From positions 1-36,057 of IMG/VR virus record IMGVR_UViG_3300017651_000186: a DNA stretch of 36,057 bases; one strand, 5' to 3'. The notes under the pieces are model-generated. The model worked only from the letters and a program-made list of their open reading frames with translations. It was not told the DNA's origin and made no database searches. Positions 8,592 to 17,635 of this stretch are shown piece after piece. The stretch is from a virus (Duplodnaviria; Caudoviricetes). The position numbers were made by a program, and so were the translations under genes. Position 1 is the first letter of the stretch; each line of letters begins with the position of its first letter.

Positions 8592-9803
8592 TCAGTCGAA
8601 CTTCAGGGTGATGTCCCCGCCGTCGGTGGACTTGCCGGCGAAGATGATGGTCCCCTTGCGCGGGCCGTCGGCGGCGAAGGGGGCGTTGAGCTCCTCGATC
8701 TGCGCGGTCGGGAGCGTGACGGTGCAGCGGTTGCCGGCGACGGTGCCGATCGCCATCGCGATGGCGATCAGGGTCTTGGCGTCCGCGTGCCGGTGGAGGT
8801 ACGCGATCCCGTCGGCGCCGATGGTGTAGGTGACGTCGGCCGTGAGCCTCGAGGCGTTGTCGCCGTACTTCCCGACCGAGAGGCCGTCCCGGTAGATCTC
8901 CAGGGCGAGCTTCTCGAGGAGATCGATCCCGGTCTGGATCACGACGCCGGCCTTGGTGAACTGCCGGCCGACGAGTCCGCCGCCGTCGTCGACCTGGAAG
9001 CCGCCGCCCACCTCGCCGATGGGGGGCACGTTGACGAGGGTGCGGGCCGGGACGTGGGCGGCGATCGTGTCGTTGAGGGCGAACGTCTGCGCGGTGGTCC
9101 CTCCCTGCGCCCGGACCACGGTCGCGGTGGTGCCGACCACGGCGGTCACCTTCATGATCTCGGTCTTCGAGGCGTCGGCCGAGGTCACCTGGATCCAAGC
9201 GGGCGCGCCGTTGATCACCCAGCCGTGCGTCGCCGGCAGAGTCAGCGACGTGGCGACGGCCGTCGCCGGGCCGGCGAGCTTGCACGCGTAGACCGTGGCG
9301 CCGCGGGCGGCCTGCTGGGCGAACTCGATCCGGGCCTGGTTCGTCCCGACGTCGGGGAGACCGATCTCGGTGGTGACGCCGCCCGAGTACGCCTGGCCGA
9401 CCGTCCCGTCCGAGGTCGCGCCCCAGAGCCAGGTGCTCGCCGTCGAGGTGAGCGAGCGGATGTAGGTCGCCACGTTGGCCGCGACGGTCTCCGCGAAGCC
9501 GCCCGCCTTCAGGAACGGGCTGAACTCCGGCCCCTTCGCGGTCGGCGTCCCGGCGCCGCGCAGGGGGCAGAGGATCCGCAGGGCCACCGGGTCGACGGCG
9601 CCCTGAATGTTCGGGAGCGAGCCGCGGTTGCCCGTGGCGTCCTCCACCCGGACGTCGCGCGTGCGCATCAGCGGGAGGTCCGCCGAGATGTGGCGGATTG
9701 CGTCGGTGGCCGCGGGCGCGGCCGCGGGGCCGGCGCCGAAGCTGGCCTCGAGGCCGGCCCAGAACAGGAGCGTGTGGTCGGGGATGAGGATGCGATCTGC
9801 CAT
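8592..9803 (-). CDS. Major tail tube protein with inserted beta domain
   Basis: 403 aa, Ala/Thr/Gly-rich, ends 'DITLKFD', GGAGG RBS, upstream of the chaperone. Confidence 0.75.
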   Translation of the reverse strand: MADRILIPDHTLLFWAGLEASFGAGPAAAPAATDAIRHISADLPLMRTRDVRVEDATGNRGSLPNIQGAVDPVALRILCPLRGAGTPTAKGPEFSPFLKAGGFAETVAANVATYIRSLTSTASTWLWGATSDGTVGQAYSGGVTTEIGLPDVGTNQARIEFAQQAARGATVYACKLAGPATAVATSLTLPATHGWVINGAPAWIQVTSADASKTEIMKVTAVVGTTATVVRAQGGTTAQTFALNDTIAAHVPARTLVNVPPIGEVGGGFQVDDGGGLVGRQFTKAGVVIQTGIDLLEKLALEIYRDGLSVGKYGDNASRLTADVTYTIGADGIAYLHRHADAKTLIAIAMAIGTVAGNRCTVTLPTAQIEELNAPFAADGPRKGTIIFAGKSTDGGDITLKFD

Positions 9804-9812
9804 GAGGTCCTC

Positions 9813-10334
9813 CTACTGGTCTGGATCCCAGACCTTGATTTCGAAAGCGGGCATCGCGCGGCCGAAGGGCATCCCGGCAGCGCCACCGATCGGCAGCGTC
9901 CAGACGTGGGGCTGCACCTGCCACTGCCGCGGGTAGCAGCGCACGATGTTCGCGCCATCCTCGGCGCCGCCGATCATCCAAGGCCCGCGCCCGTCGCCGG
10001 CGCGCAGGGTCTCGCGGATGGCGCCGACCATGCGGAACGTGGCATCGAGCGTCTGGTCGGCGGCCCCAGCGCTCCCGGGGACCACGAGCTCGAGCGAGAG
10101 ACGGACGAGGTGTAGGCCGGCGGACGAGGGGTCCGGCGTCTCGGTGGCGCCCTTCATCCACACGCCCGGGCTGAGGAGATCCCCACCGGCGTCGAGGTCG
10201 TGGGCGTAGAGCCTGGGCGCAACCAGGGTCTTCTGGTCCTCGGTCTTGCCCGCGTTGAGCGCGTCGATGCGCGCCGGGAGCTCGTCACCGAGCGTGCGGT
10301 AGAGCGCGCGGACCGCGTAGGGGATCGGGGTCAT
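9813..10334 (-). CDS. Tail terminator/completion-like protein
   Basis: ATGA overlap at 10331-10334; position just before the tube gene. Confidence 0.5.
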   Translation of the reverse strand: MTPIPYAVRALYRTLGDELPARIDALNAGKTEDQKTLVAPRLYAHDLDAGGDLLSPGVWMKGATETPDPSSAGLHLVRLSLELVVPGSAGAADQTLDATFRMVGAIRETLRAGDGRGPWMIGGAEDGANIVRCYPRQWQVQPHVWTLPIGGAAGMPFGRAMPAFEIKVWDPDQ

Positions 10335-11098
10335 GAGTTCGGGAGCTGCTCGGACAGCCAATCCTCGGGGGCCCCAGCTCGCGCCATCATCTGGCGGATC
10401 CAGCCCTCGGTGATCGAGGTGATGTTGTCGGAGATCGTGGTGGCGCTTTCACCGGTCATGAAGTCGATGCGCGCCGGCATCCACTTCGTCCGCCCTTCAG
10501 GCGTCGTGAGCTGCATGTGGTAGCTCGTCCACCGCAGGAACTTCTGCGTGCCCCAGAAGAGCGTCCCGCCGCTGATCTCGCGCAGTGCGGTGGGGACATT
10601 GACGGCTTCGAAGTCCGCAGTAAGCGCGTCCGCCATGCCCCGGGCGTCGGTCTTCCACGGGACCTTCAGGAAGGTCCGATCGAGGGACGCCGGGTCGGTG
10701 GTGCGCGCCTGGCGCTTCCCGTACTTGCCGCGCTTCCTCTTCGCGAAGAACTGCTCGGGTGACGGCGAGACGATCGTCCGCCGGCTCCTTGGGTCCACCG
10801 GGCGCACGACCTGGCGTCCCTTGCCGCGGTTGCGGCGCTCCGCGGTGGCCTGGGTGACCTGCTGGGCCTCTGCCCGCTCGAGCGACTCGGCCGCCTCCTG
10901 CGACAGCATGTCGCTGATCTCGATGAGGAGGGGCGCGTAGTCGGTGATCTCCTGCCGCATGCGCGCGAGGAGCTCGGCGGCGTCCTCGAGGGAGAGCGAG
11001 TCGCGCTCCGCCCTCGCGGGTACGACGAACGAGCTCTCCCGGCCGCGGACTCGGTTCTGTGCGAGCCGGCGCAGGTCGCTCGGGGCGTCGGATCGCAT
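10331..11098 (-). CDS. Neck/tail-completion-like protein (basic)
   Basis: 255 aa, Arg/Lys-rich centre, 'WMPAR' near C-terminus; synteny only. Confidence 0.45.
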   Translation of the reverse strand: MRSDAPSDLRRLAQNRVRGRESSFVVPARAERDSLSLEDAAELLARMRQEITDYAPLLIEISDMLSQEAAESLERAEAQQVTQATAERRNRGKGRQVVRPVDPRSRRTIVSPSPEQFFAKRKRGKYGKRQARTTDPASLDRTFLKVPWKTDARGMADALTADFEAVNVPTALREISGGTLFWGTQKFLRWTSYHMQLTTPEGRTKWMPARIDFMTGESATTISDNITSITEGWIRQMMARAGAPEDWLSEQLPNS

Positions 11099-11110
11099 CG
11101 GGGCCTCGGA

Positions 11111-11515
11111 TCAGCGGTAGAGGTCGAACACGGCCGCGTCGTCGGCAGAGAAGCCGGGCGCGTCCTCGAGGACAGACTGCGGTTCGAACCGCAAGCGCTT
11201 CATCCGGTCCTCGAACTGCACCGACCAGGTGTCCCAGAGTTCGACGTTCTGGGAAGAGGAACGGCGGCCGTACTCCGCCGCCGCGCCCAGGAGGATCGTC
11301 TTGGTGAGCCACTTGTAGGAAAGCGGCGCGGTCTCCTCGGTGATCGATTCGGGGACCACGCCGCCGTTGCGAACCTCCACCGCGACGTCGTCGGCGACTT
11401 CGTCGACGACGGACTGCGCCTGGTCCGGGCCCGCGAGCTGCGACTCGGAGATCCGACCCGGGAAGTACTTGTCCTCGAGGGACTCGGCGTCGGCGCCGTA
11501 GGTGGGGTTCGCCAT
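11111..11515 (-). CDS. Head-tail adaptor-like protein
   Basis: 134 aa, helical and acidic, N-terminal 'TYG'; synteny. Confidence 0.5.
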   Translation of the reverse strand: MANPTYGADAESLEDKYFPGRISESQLAGPDQAQSVVDEVADDVAVEVRNGGVVPESITEETAPLSYKWLTKTILLGAAAEYGRRSSSQNVELWDTWSVQFEDRMKRLRFEPQSVLEDAPGFSADDAAVFDLYR

Positions 11516-11518
11516 GGA

Positions 11519-11911
11519 TCAGCTCGCGGCGGGCTTGTCGCCAGACGACTCCCCGGCCTTCTCGCCCTCGGTGCCGGGCGCGCCGGCCTCGGGCTTGCCG
11601 CCGTTCGCCTTGTTCTTCTTGCCGCCGGTGGGCTTGTCGGCGCCGGCGGCGGCCAAGGCGGCCCTGGCCTCGTCGCGCTGGCGGCGAAGCTCGGCCATTT
11701 CGTCCTCGCGGGCCTTCTCCGTCTCGTACTCGTGGACGGTCTTGAAGCCCTTCGAGCGGTAGTAGTCCACCGAGCGGTTGCCGAGGTGGCGGGGGGAAAC
11801 GGTGATGGGGACCACGTTCCCCGCCGGGTCGATCATGTCGACGGTGGTGGTGTTGTCCTTCATGCGGATCTCGGCCTGGGTCTTCCCAGGCGCGAGGACG
11901 GTCTTCTCCAC
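11519..11911 (-). CDS. Hypothetical protein after capsid gene
   Basis: GTG start with AAGGAG RBS; low-complexity C-terminal tail. Confidence 0.55.
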   Translation of the reverse strand: MEKTVLAPGKTQAEIRMKDNTTTVDMIDPAGNVVPITVSPRHLGNRSVDYYRSKGFKTVHEYETEKAREDEMAELRRQRDEARAALAAAGADKPTGGKKNKANGGKPEAGAPGTEGEKAGESSGDKPAAS

Positions 11912-11956
11912 GGGACTTGCTCCTTCGCCTGATGGGCGAGGTGAAAGGGGAGGGAG

Positions 11957-11983
11957 GCCGCGGCGCCTCGAGGACGCCGCGGC
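11957..11983 (-). terminator. GC stem-loop after the capsid gene (attenuator or mRNA stabiliser)
   Basis: 9-bp perfect stem GCCGCGGCG/CGCCGCGGC; only a pyrimidine-rich tail follows, no true U-tract. Confidence 0.35.
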
Positions 11984-11995
11984 TCACCCGATGAA

Positions 11996-12859
11996 TCAGG
12001 CGGCGACCTTCGAGATGATCTTCACCGCCCGCGCTTCCTCGATCTCGCCGACGCCGTAGACCGACGTCGCGACCATCGCCGTCGACCTGGCCTTGGCGTT
12101 GCGCTCCGCCTCGACGCGGACGTCGCGCAGGGTCGCCATGCCGAAGGCCTCGACGCTGAAGAAGCACCCGACGAAGTCCACGTTGGCGTTCGCCTTCGGG
12201 ACGTGGGTCGAGCGGAAGAGCGGCACACCGAGGAAGTCCCCCACGAAACCGGGGATCGCCTTGATCCGGGGATCGACGAGGCCGGTGGCGTAGATGGACG
12301 CCTGGGAGCCGCTGGCACCAGCGATGGCGCGACGGTACGCGCCGACCTGGCGGGGCGCGAGGACGCCGAAATAGGGCCCCTCGTCGTCCGCGGTCTCGAG
12401 GGTCTCGATCGCCTTGATGAGCGTGTCGAGGGAAAGCTCGGTGTTGGTGGTGCCGACGGACTGGGTGACGCCGGTGAAGAGCCCGCAGAGGTCGCTCTCC
12501 ATCTTCTGCCGGATGGCCTTCGCGCCGCGGTCGGCGTACTCCTCGGGGGTGATGCCCGAGGTCTCCACCGACAGGTCGGTGGGCTCGAGCACGGCGCCGA
12601 CCTCGCCCACGGTGATGTCCGCCTTGCCGAGCGTCATCTCCTGGGCCTCGAGGGACGTGGTCTCGTTCACGCCGGCGGCGACGACTTCGCCCCACTGCGT
12701 CGTGCTCCACGTCTTCGAGCGCTTGTTCCGCAGGTCGCCCTGCGTAACGAGCATCGGCATGACGAGCGTCGCCATGAGCCGCTCGCGGATCATCTGCTCG
12801 ATGTGCTTCGCGAGGATTGCGTTCGTCACCGAGGTGGTGGACGTCAGAACGTTTGCCAT
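11996..12859 (-). CDS. Major capsid protein (HK97 fold)
   Basis: 287 aa; 'GFVGDFLGVPLFRSTHVP' and 'VYGVGEI' motifs; follows scaffold. Confidence 0.85.
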   Translation of the reverse strand: MANVLTSTTSVTNAILAKHIEQMIRERLMATLVMPMLVTQGDLRNKRSKTWSTTQWGEVVAAGVNETTSLEAQEMTLGKADITVGEVGAVLEPTDLSVETSGITPEEYADRGAKAIRQKMESDLCGLFTGVTQSVGTTNTELSLDTLIKAIETLETADDEGPYFGVLAPRQVGAYRRAIAGASGSQASIYATGLVDPRIKAIPGFVGDFLGVPLFRSTHVPKANANVDFVGCFFSVEAFGMATLRDVRVEAERNAKARSTAMVATSVYGVGEIEEARAVKIISKVAA

Positions 12860-12924
12860 GGTGCTGCCTTCCTTTCCTGGGGCTCCTCACCCCTGCTGCA
12901 CTGCTTGGGGCTGTGCCCCCTCTG

Positions 12925-13575
12925 TCACTGCTTGAGCGCGGGCGGGCGCCAGACGACGCCGGGGCCGGCCTGGATCCCCATCGTTCCGAGGAGGGCGACG
13001 CGCTGGTCGTACGGCAGGCCCATGATCGCGTCGGGGTCCGACTCGAGCTGCTCGCGCGACGGCATCGCCGGCGTGCCGGCGGGCGTGCCGCGCTCGTGGG
13101 CACCGACGGTGGGCGGCGTGGTCTGCGCCAGGCCGGCGGCCTCGATGAGCTCAAGCGCCCGATCCGCATCCAGGCCGGCGACGGCGCCGGCGAGCTTCGT
13201 GCGGACCGCCTCGGGGAGACGGGCGAGGGCCTCGTCGCGCCGCTTCGCGATCAGGGCGTCGTAGCGCGTCGCCTTCGCGGCGGCGGCCTCGAGCTCGGCC
13301 AGGCGAGCGGCCTGCTTCTGCTCGGCGGTCATGCCGGCCTCGGCTGCGGCCTTCGCCTGGGCGGCGAGGGTGGCGATCTGCGTCTTCTGCGCGTCGACGA
13401 TCGCCTGCAGGGCGGCGACCTCCGGGTTGCCCGAGGCGGCGGCCGGCGCCGGCGTGGCCGGGGCAGCGGCGGCTGGTGCCCCGGCGGGCGTCGCCGGCGG
13501 CGTGACTGGAGCAGGCGTGCTCGGGGCAGGGGTAGGCGTTGCGGGCGCGGCTGCGCCCGGGGCGACGGGGTCCAT
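12925..13575 (-). CDS. Capsid scaffolding protein
   Basis: Pro/Ala/Thr N-terminus, coiled coil 'MTAEQKQAARLAELE', AGGAGG RBS, directly before MCP. Confidence 0.75.
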   Translation of the reverse strand: MDPVAPGAAAPATPTPAPSTPAPVTPPATPAGAPAAAAPATPAPAAASGNPEVAALQAIVDAQKTQIATLAAQAKAAAEAGMTAEQKQAARLAELEAAAAKATRYDALIAKRRDEALARLPEAVRTKLAGAVAGLDADRALELIEAAGLAQTTPPTVGAHERGTPAGTPAMPSREQLESDPDAIMGLPYDQRVALLGTMGIQAGPGVVWRPPALKQ

Positions 13576-13607
13576 GGTGCCTCCTGGTGTTGCTGATGAA
13601 TCGGCGG

Positions 13608-13883
13608 TCAGCCGCCGAAAAACGATCTCGCGGCGGCGCTACCTGCCGATCCGATGACCGCGCCGCCGGCGGACCCAGCGAGGGCCCAGAGGAGCAAGCG
13701 CAGCTCGATCCGATCGAGCCGACGGCCGTGCTCTTCCTGCCGGTTGGCGATCGCCTGCAGTTGCTGGCCCTGCGCATCAACCCGCTTGTCGAGGAGCTCG
13801 TGGCGCACCTTCTGCCGATCGAGCGACCCACCGATCCCGTTGACGCGCTCTTCGAGGCTCATCGGATCCCATCCTCTCGCCAC
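13608..13883 (-). CDS. Coiled-coil protein with C-terminal TM helix (XhlA/holin-like)
   Basis: Heptad region followed by 'LLLWALAGSAGGAVIG'; start may be ATG at 13862. Confidence 0.5.
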   Translation of the reverse strand: MARGWDPMSLEERVNGIGGSLDRQKVRHELLDKRVDAQGQQLQAIANRQEEHGRRLDRIELRLLLWALAGSAGGAVIGSAGSAAARSFFGG

Positions 13884-13931
13884 AACGGGGCGGCGCGGGA
13901 GTAATCGAGGGAGAGGCGATGGTGCGTGCCC

Positions 13932-16900
13932 CTAGTTGCCACGGAACACCATCACGTCAGCGAAGCAGTCGTTCGATACGGTGGTGGCGGTGGCCGCCTG
14001 TACGCCCGATCCGGTGAGGGTCTTATCCTCGATCGCGGCGGCGACGCCGTATCCGTTCTGGACGATCCAGCTCGAGAAGCCGCCCGACAGCGTTCGTCCG
14101 GTGTACCCTGTGCCTGGGGTGAGGTTGAACGTGTCGGCCTCGGAGCAGGTGATGATGCCCGTCACCAGGTCTCCTGGCGCGCCCGCTGCGGCGGTGTTCC
14201 CCGAGGAGAGCGCAGTGGTGGCCACGTTCGTCTTCCCCGCAGAATTGACCAGCGTGGCCGATTTGAGGGAGTACTCGGCGACGGCGAGGGCAGACCGGGT
14301 AGTGGCATTCGCCAGCGAGACCGCGATGGTCTTCTCGGTCCCGGTGGCGACCTTCCACATCACGTAGCTCATGAACTTCGGAGCATCCTTCACCGACTGG
14401 CCGGCGCGCGCGAGCGTCCACCCGGCTGGAGGCGTGGGCATCGTGTTGGTGCCGCCGCCGAGGATGAGCCCGGCGACGAGCAGGTTCCCGGACTGCGCCG
14501 TGGCGGGGAGCGTGACGGAGATGTTCTGCGTGTTGTAGTAGGTCGTGCCCGCGCCCTGGACGTAGAGGTTCATGCCTCCACCGTCACCGCCCGTGCCGCC
14601 CGTACCACCCGTACCACCCGTACCGCCGGTTCCGCCGGTTCCACCGGTGCCACCTGTACCGCCGCCTTCGATCTGGACGATCGGGCTTATCATGAAGGAC
14701 CATGCGTTCCATTCATTGACGGGCATCACATTGCCTGGATAGTACAGGCCGTTGTATACGGTTTGTGATAGGAACGTGGACCCGTTTGCGGGAGCTACGA
14801 TCGGCCCGACCGTCTTCTGTGAGAGGTGATACCCCTCAATCCACGCAATGCGGAAGGCGGAGTAAACCGAGACGACGTAGAGCCGATTCGGGGTCAGAGC
14901 CACAGGAGTAGACAAGTTCGCGGTGTGCCACTGATTGCCGCCCGTTCTCGAGACAACGGTTGCGACGCCGATCTCCTCGCGAGTGGTGTAGTCCCACACC
15001 CGGAGGGTTACGTTTTGGGCTCCAGTGCCGCCTCCCACGTAGAACTGAACGCCGGTCAGGGTGGATGTCTCGGTCACATGGAAGGCGGTGCCGTAGGTTT
15101 CGCCGGAGGAGTTGTCGGTGTTTGAGGGGGTCTCCGAGCCTGCGAACAACTGGTAGGTTCCGGGCCCCACAGCGCCGCCGCTGCCCCCGGAGCCACCCGT
15201 GCCACCCGTGCCACCCGTGCCACCCGTGCCGCCCGTGCCGCCCCACTCGCTGGCGTCGAACCGCGCCTTGGCCGGGAGCGTGCCCACGCGCTCGCTCGGC
15301 GAAGCGCCGTGGGGGTTCACCCAGGGCCACGTCGCGCTGGCGAAGAAGGTCGGCTTGCTGGAGAGGTACAGCGAGTTCGGGATCGGTCCCGGCGGCGTGG
15401 GCTCGGTGTCGATGCGCTGCCGTACGTTGTCGTAGTTGGCGACCCGGAGGAGCGTCGAGTACGTGCTGTTAGGGGCTCCCGGAGACTGGTAGTTCCCGTT
15501 GTCGTCGATGCCGTTGCCCGCGCCCAAGCCGTGACCGATGCGCCAGACGGCGGCCTTGCCAGGCCCCGGAGAGTTGCTGGTCACCTCGTACGCCATGTCG
15601 CCGTTGGCGCCAGTCCCATTTCCAAGGCGTTCGGAGCTGCCTACTACGTTCCCCACCGCGCTGATGAAATGACCGTCCTTTTGGAAGGACATTGCGGTGA
15701 TGGGATATGTCTCGAAGGCGTTGGTGCGTCGCTGCTTTCCGCTCGCGTAGTTCCGGTAGACCGTCATCCAACCGGAGTTGCCCCACACGTTCTCCGTGGC
15801 GATCTGCGCCGCCCAGTTCCCCTCCGCCAAGTCCATGAAGCTGAACGACGTGTGGCCCAGGTCGAGGGTCGTCTCTTGGAGGCGTCGATCGGCGCTGGTC
15901 CAGGCGTCGTCGATGTAGTTATACCCGATCACGTTTCCGCCACCCGAGGCGCGGAGGGTGAACGGCTTGTTCATGTAGTAGATGATGTTGTTTTCGATGA
16001 GGGAGTCGCTCGTGTGGGTCGAGATCGACACCCCGTAAGCCCCGCCGCCCTGCACCACGTTGGAGGCGTGATGTACGAAGGAATCCCGCACTTCGAAGCG
16101 GAAGCATCGGTCTAGCAGGATGTGCGTCCCTTTCATCCCGTTGCCGCTGCCCAGGGTCCCGTCCGCCGCCGGGCTTGAGGAAACCGTGCCGTCCGACTCC
16201 ACGTTCTTCACCCACGAGTACGCGGCGTACATCACGTGGATCTGGTTGTTGGTCCCGCCGGTCACGGTCATGTCCTCGATGCCGGCGTTCTTCAAGGCGT
16301 TCGAGGTCGTCCCGCTCGGCTTGTAGATTTGCGGCAGGAGCGCGAGCCTGTACCCAAGGTGGATGGGCGCAGCCAGGGTGAGCGTGTTCCCGTTGATGGC
16401 GGTGATTTCGTTGGTCTGCCCTTGGGAGCGCATCCGGTTCCCCGGTGTCGCCGGGCCGATGTCGGTCCGCTTGAACCACTGGGAGCCGCCGTAGAAGACG
16501 TAGGAGTCTTCATCCTGGTCGATCTGAATAATGCTGCCCACCGACAGCCCCGTGGTGTTGGCCACCTGGATGGTCGTCGCGCCCTTGGGAACGTCCGCGG
16601 TGACGTTGATGGCGGGGTTCCCGTAGAACGGCCAGTCCCCCGGCCACATGTAGACGACGGCCGAGTTGGCGTTGTAGAGGCGTAGCTGCGTCTGCCCCGG
16701 GCCCGCTCCGCGCAGCGTCACCGACTTGCCGATGGAGACCGCGGAGTTGATGCGGTAGGTGCCGGCGGGGAGGTAGACCACCTGCCCGGTAGGACAGGCG
16801 TTCAACGCATGCTGGATCGCCGGCTGCGCGTTCCCTGTGCCGTCGAGGGCGAAGGCCGTCAGCCCGTTCGCCGAGGCGTAGGCCGGCGTCACCGTCGCGC

Positions 16901-17294
16901 AGACGCTGGTGCGGCTGGGGATCCCTCCCACCGCCATCATGCCCGGGTTCCACGTCGTCCTTCGCGACGAAGCGATCAGGTCCTCGAGGGGGTACTCCCC
17001 ACCTACTCCTCCAGCGCCAGCATCGCCTCCCGCTCCTCCAGCGCCAGCATCGCCTCCTCCCGCTCCTCCAGCGCCAGCATCGCCTCCTCCCGCTCCTCCA
17101 GCGCCAGCATCGCCTCCTACTCCTCCAGCGCCGCCAGCGCCGCCAGCTCCGCCCGAGCCGCCTATCCCGCCTGTCCCGCCGCCCGGCACACGTTTCGCGC
17201 GCGTGGTGGTGGGGGTCTCAAGGCCGCCGATCTCGAGGGCGACGCCGGTCGCGGGGACGGCGAGCGCCGCCAGCGCGAGGAGGAGGAACCTCAT
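13932..17294 (-). CDS. Secreted multidomain protein: signal peptide, Gly/Ala linker, pectate-lyase-like beta-helix, DUF4082-like domain, C-terminal beta-sandwich
   Basis: Signal peptide MRFLLLALAALAVPATGVA. Beta-helix cap 'AIQHALNACP..VVYLPAGTYRI..VTLRGAG'. DUF4082-like 'GTAFHV..LTGVQFY..WHTANLSTPVALTP..YVVS'. GGT linkers between domains. Confidence 0.75.
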   Translation of the reverse strand: MRFLLLALAALAVPATGVALEIGGLETPTTTRAKRVPGGGTGGIGGSGGAGGAGGAGGVGGDAGAGGAGGGDAGAGGAGGGDAGAGGAGGDAGAGGVGGEYPLEDLIASSRRTTWNPGMMAVGGIPSRTSVCATVTPAYASANGLTAFALDGTGNAQPAIQHALNACPTGQVVYLPAGTYRINSAVSIGKSVTLRGAGPGQTQLRLYNANSAVVYMWPGDWPFYGNPAINVTADVPKGATTIQVANTTGLSVGSIIQIDQDEDSYVFYGGSQWFKRTDIGPATPGNRMRSQGQTNEITAINGNTLTLAAPIHLGYRLALLPQIYKPSGTTSNALKNAGIEDMTVTGGTNNQIHVMYAAYSWVKNVESDGTVSSSPAADGTLGSGNGMKGTHILLDRCFRFEVRDSFVHHASNVVQGGGAYGVSISTHTSDSLIENNIIYYMNKPFTLRASGGGNVIGYNYIDDAWTSADRRLQETTLDLGHTSFSFMDLAEGNWAAQIATENVWGNSGWMTVYRNYASGKQRRTNAFETYPITAMSFQKDGHFISAVGNVVGSSERLGNGTGANGDMAYEVTSNSPGPGKAAVWRIGHGLGAGNGIDDNGNYQSPGAPNSTYSTLLRVANYDNVRQRIDTEPTPPGPIPNSLYLSSKPTFFASATWPWVNPHGASPSERVGTLPAKARFDASEWGGTGGTGGTGGTGGTGGSGGSGGAVGPGTYQLFAGSETPSNTDNSSGETYGTAFHVTETSTLTGVQFYVGGGTGAQNVTLRVWDYTTREEIGVATVVSRTGGNQWHTANLSTPVALTPNRLYVVSVYSAFRIAWIEGYHLSQKTVGPIVAPANGSTFLSQTVYNGLYYPGNVMPVNEWNAWSFMISPIVQIEGGGTGGTGGTGGTGGTGGTGGTGGTGGDGGGMNLYVQGAGTTYYNTQNISVTLPATAQSGNLLVAGLILGGGTNTMPTPPAGWTLARAGQSVKDAPKFMSYVMWKVATGTEKTIAVSLANATTRSALAVAEYSLKSATLVNSAGKTNVATTALSSGNTAAAGAPGDLVTGIITCSEADTFNLTPGTGYTGRTLSGGFSSWIVQNGYGVAAAIEDKTLTGSGVQAATATTVSNDCFADVMVFRGN
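14575..14665 (-). repeat. (GGT)n-encoding 9-bp tandem repeats, linker 3
   Basis: gtaccaccc / ccgccggtt units. Confidence 0.8.
15175..15245 (-). repeat. (GGT)n-encoding 9-bp tandem repeats, linker 2
   Basis: gccacccgt repeated about 4-5 times. Confidence 0.8.
17003..17150 (-). repeat. 27-30 bp tandem repeats encoding GGDAGAGGAG, linker 1
   Basis: ctcctccagcgccagcatcgcctcc occurs 4 times. Confidence 0.85.
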
Positions 17295-17626
17295 CCTCGA
17301 TCAGCCCTCACGAACTCCACGGCTCCTGACGAGGACGATCGGCACGACACCGTCTGGGACCCGTTGAAGAACACGGGGATCTGTGTACCGGCGACGAGCG
17401 TCGCGCCACCCGTGGTGCACGTCGCTGCGTAGCAGAGCGCAACGTCGCCGACGGAAACGGTGAGGATGTAGCTCCCACGCGGCACCGAGACCGAGGAACC
17501 TCCGCCCGAAGAGCACGTCGGCACCTTCGTCACCAGGTGCGGATAGAGGACGTACCGCTCCGCGGAGGCGGGCAGGGCGAAAGCCAGCGCGGCCATGAAG
17601 GCCACGAAGAGAAGGATCGAGCGCAT
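17291..17626 (-). CDS. Small secreted beta-rich protein with 4 Cys
   Basis: Signal peptide MRSILLFVAFMAALAFALPASA; AGGAG RBS; ATGA-coupled to the 1120-aa gene. Confidence 0.7.
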   Translation of the reverse strand: MRSILLFVAFMAALAFALPASAERYVLYPHLVTKVPTCSSGGGSSVSVPRGSYILTVSVGDVALCYAATCTTGGATLVAGTQIPVFFNGSQTVSCRSSSSGAVEFVRADRG

Positions 17627-17635
17627 TGGGGTCTC

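Noticed and set aside
8092-13169. Very long Arg/Pro-rich ORFs (8092..10161 5' part, 10497..13169) and many similar shadow ORFs
   Set aside because: Off-frame or antisense artefacts of high GC3 overlapping well-supported genes
17003-17150. CRISPR-like ~30-bp repeats
   Set aside because: No unique spacers; in-frame Gly/Ala linker coding; no cas genes
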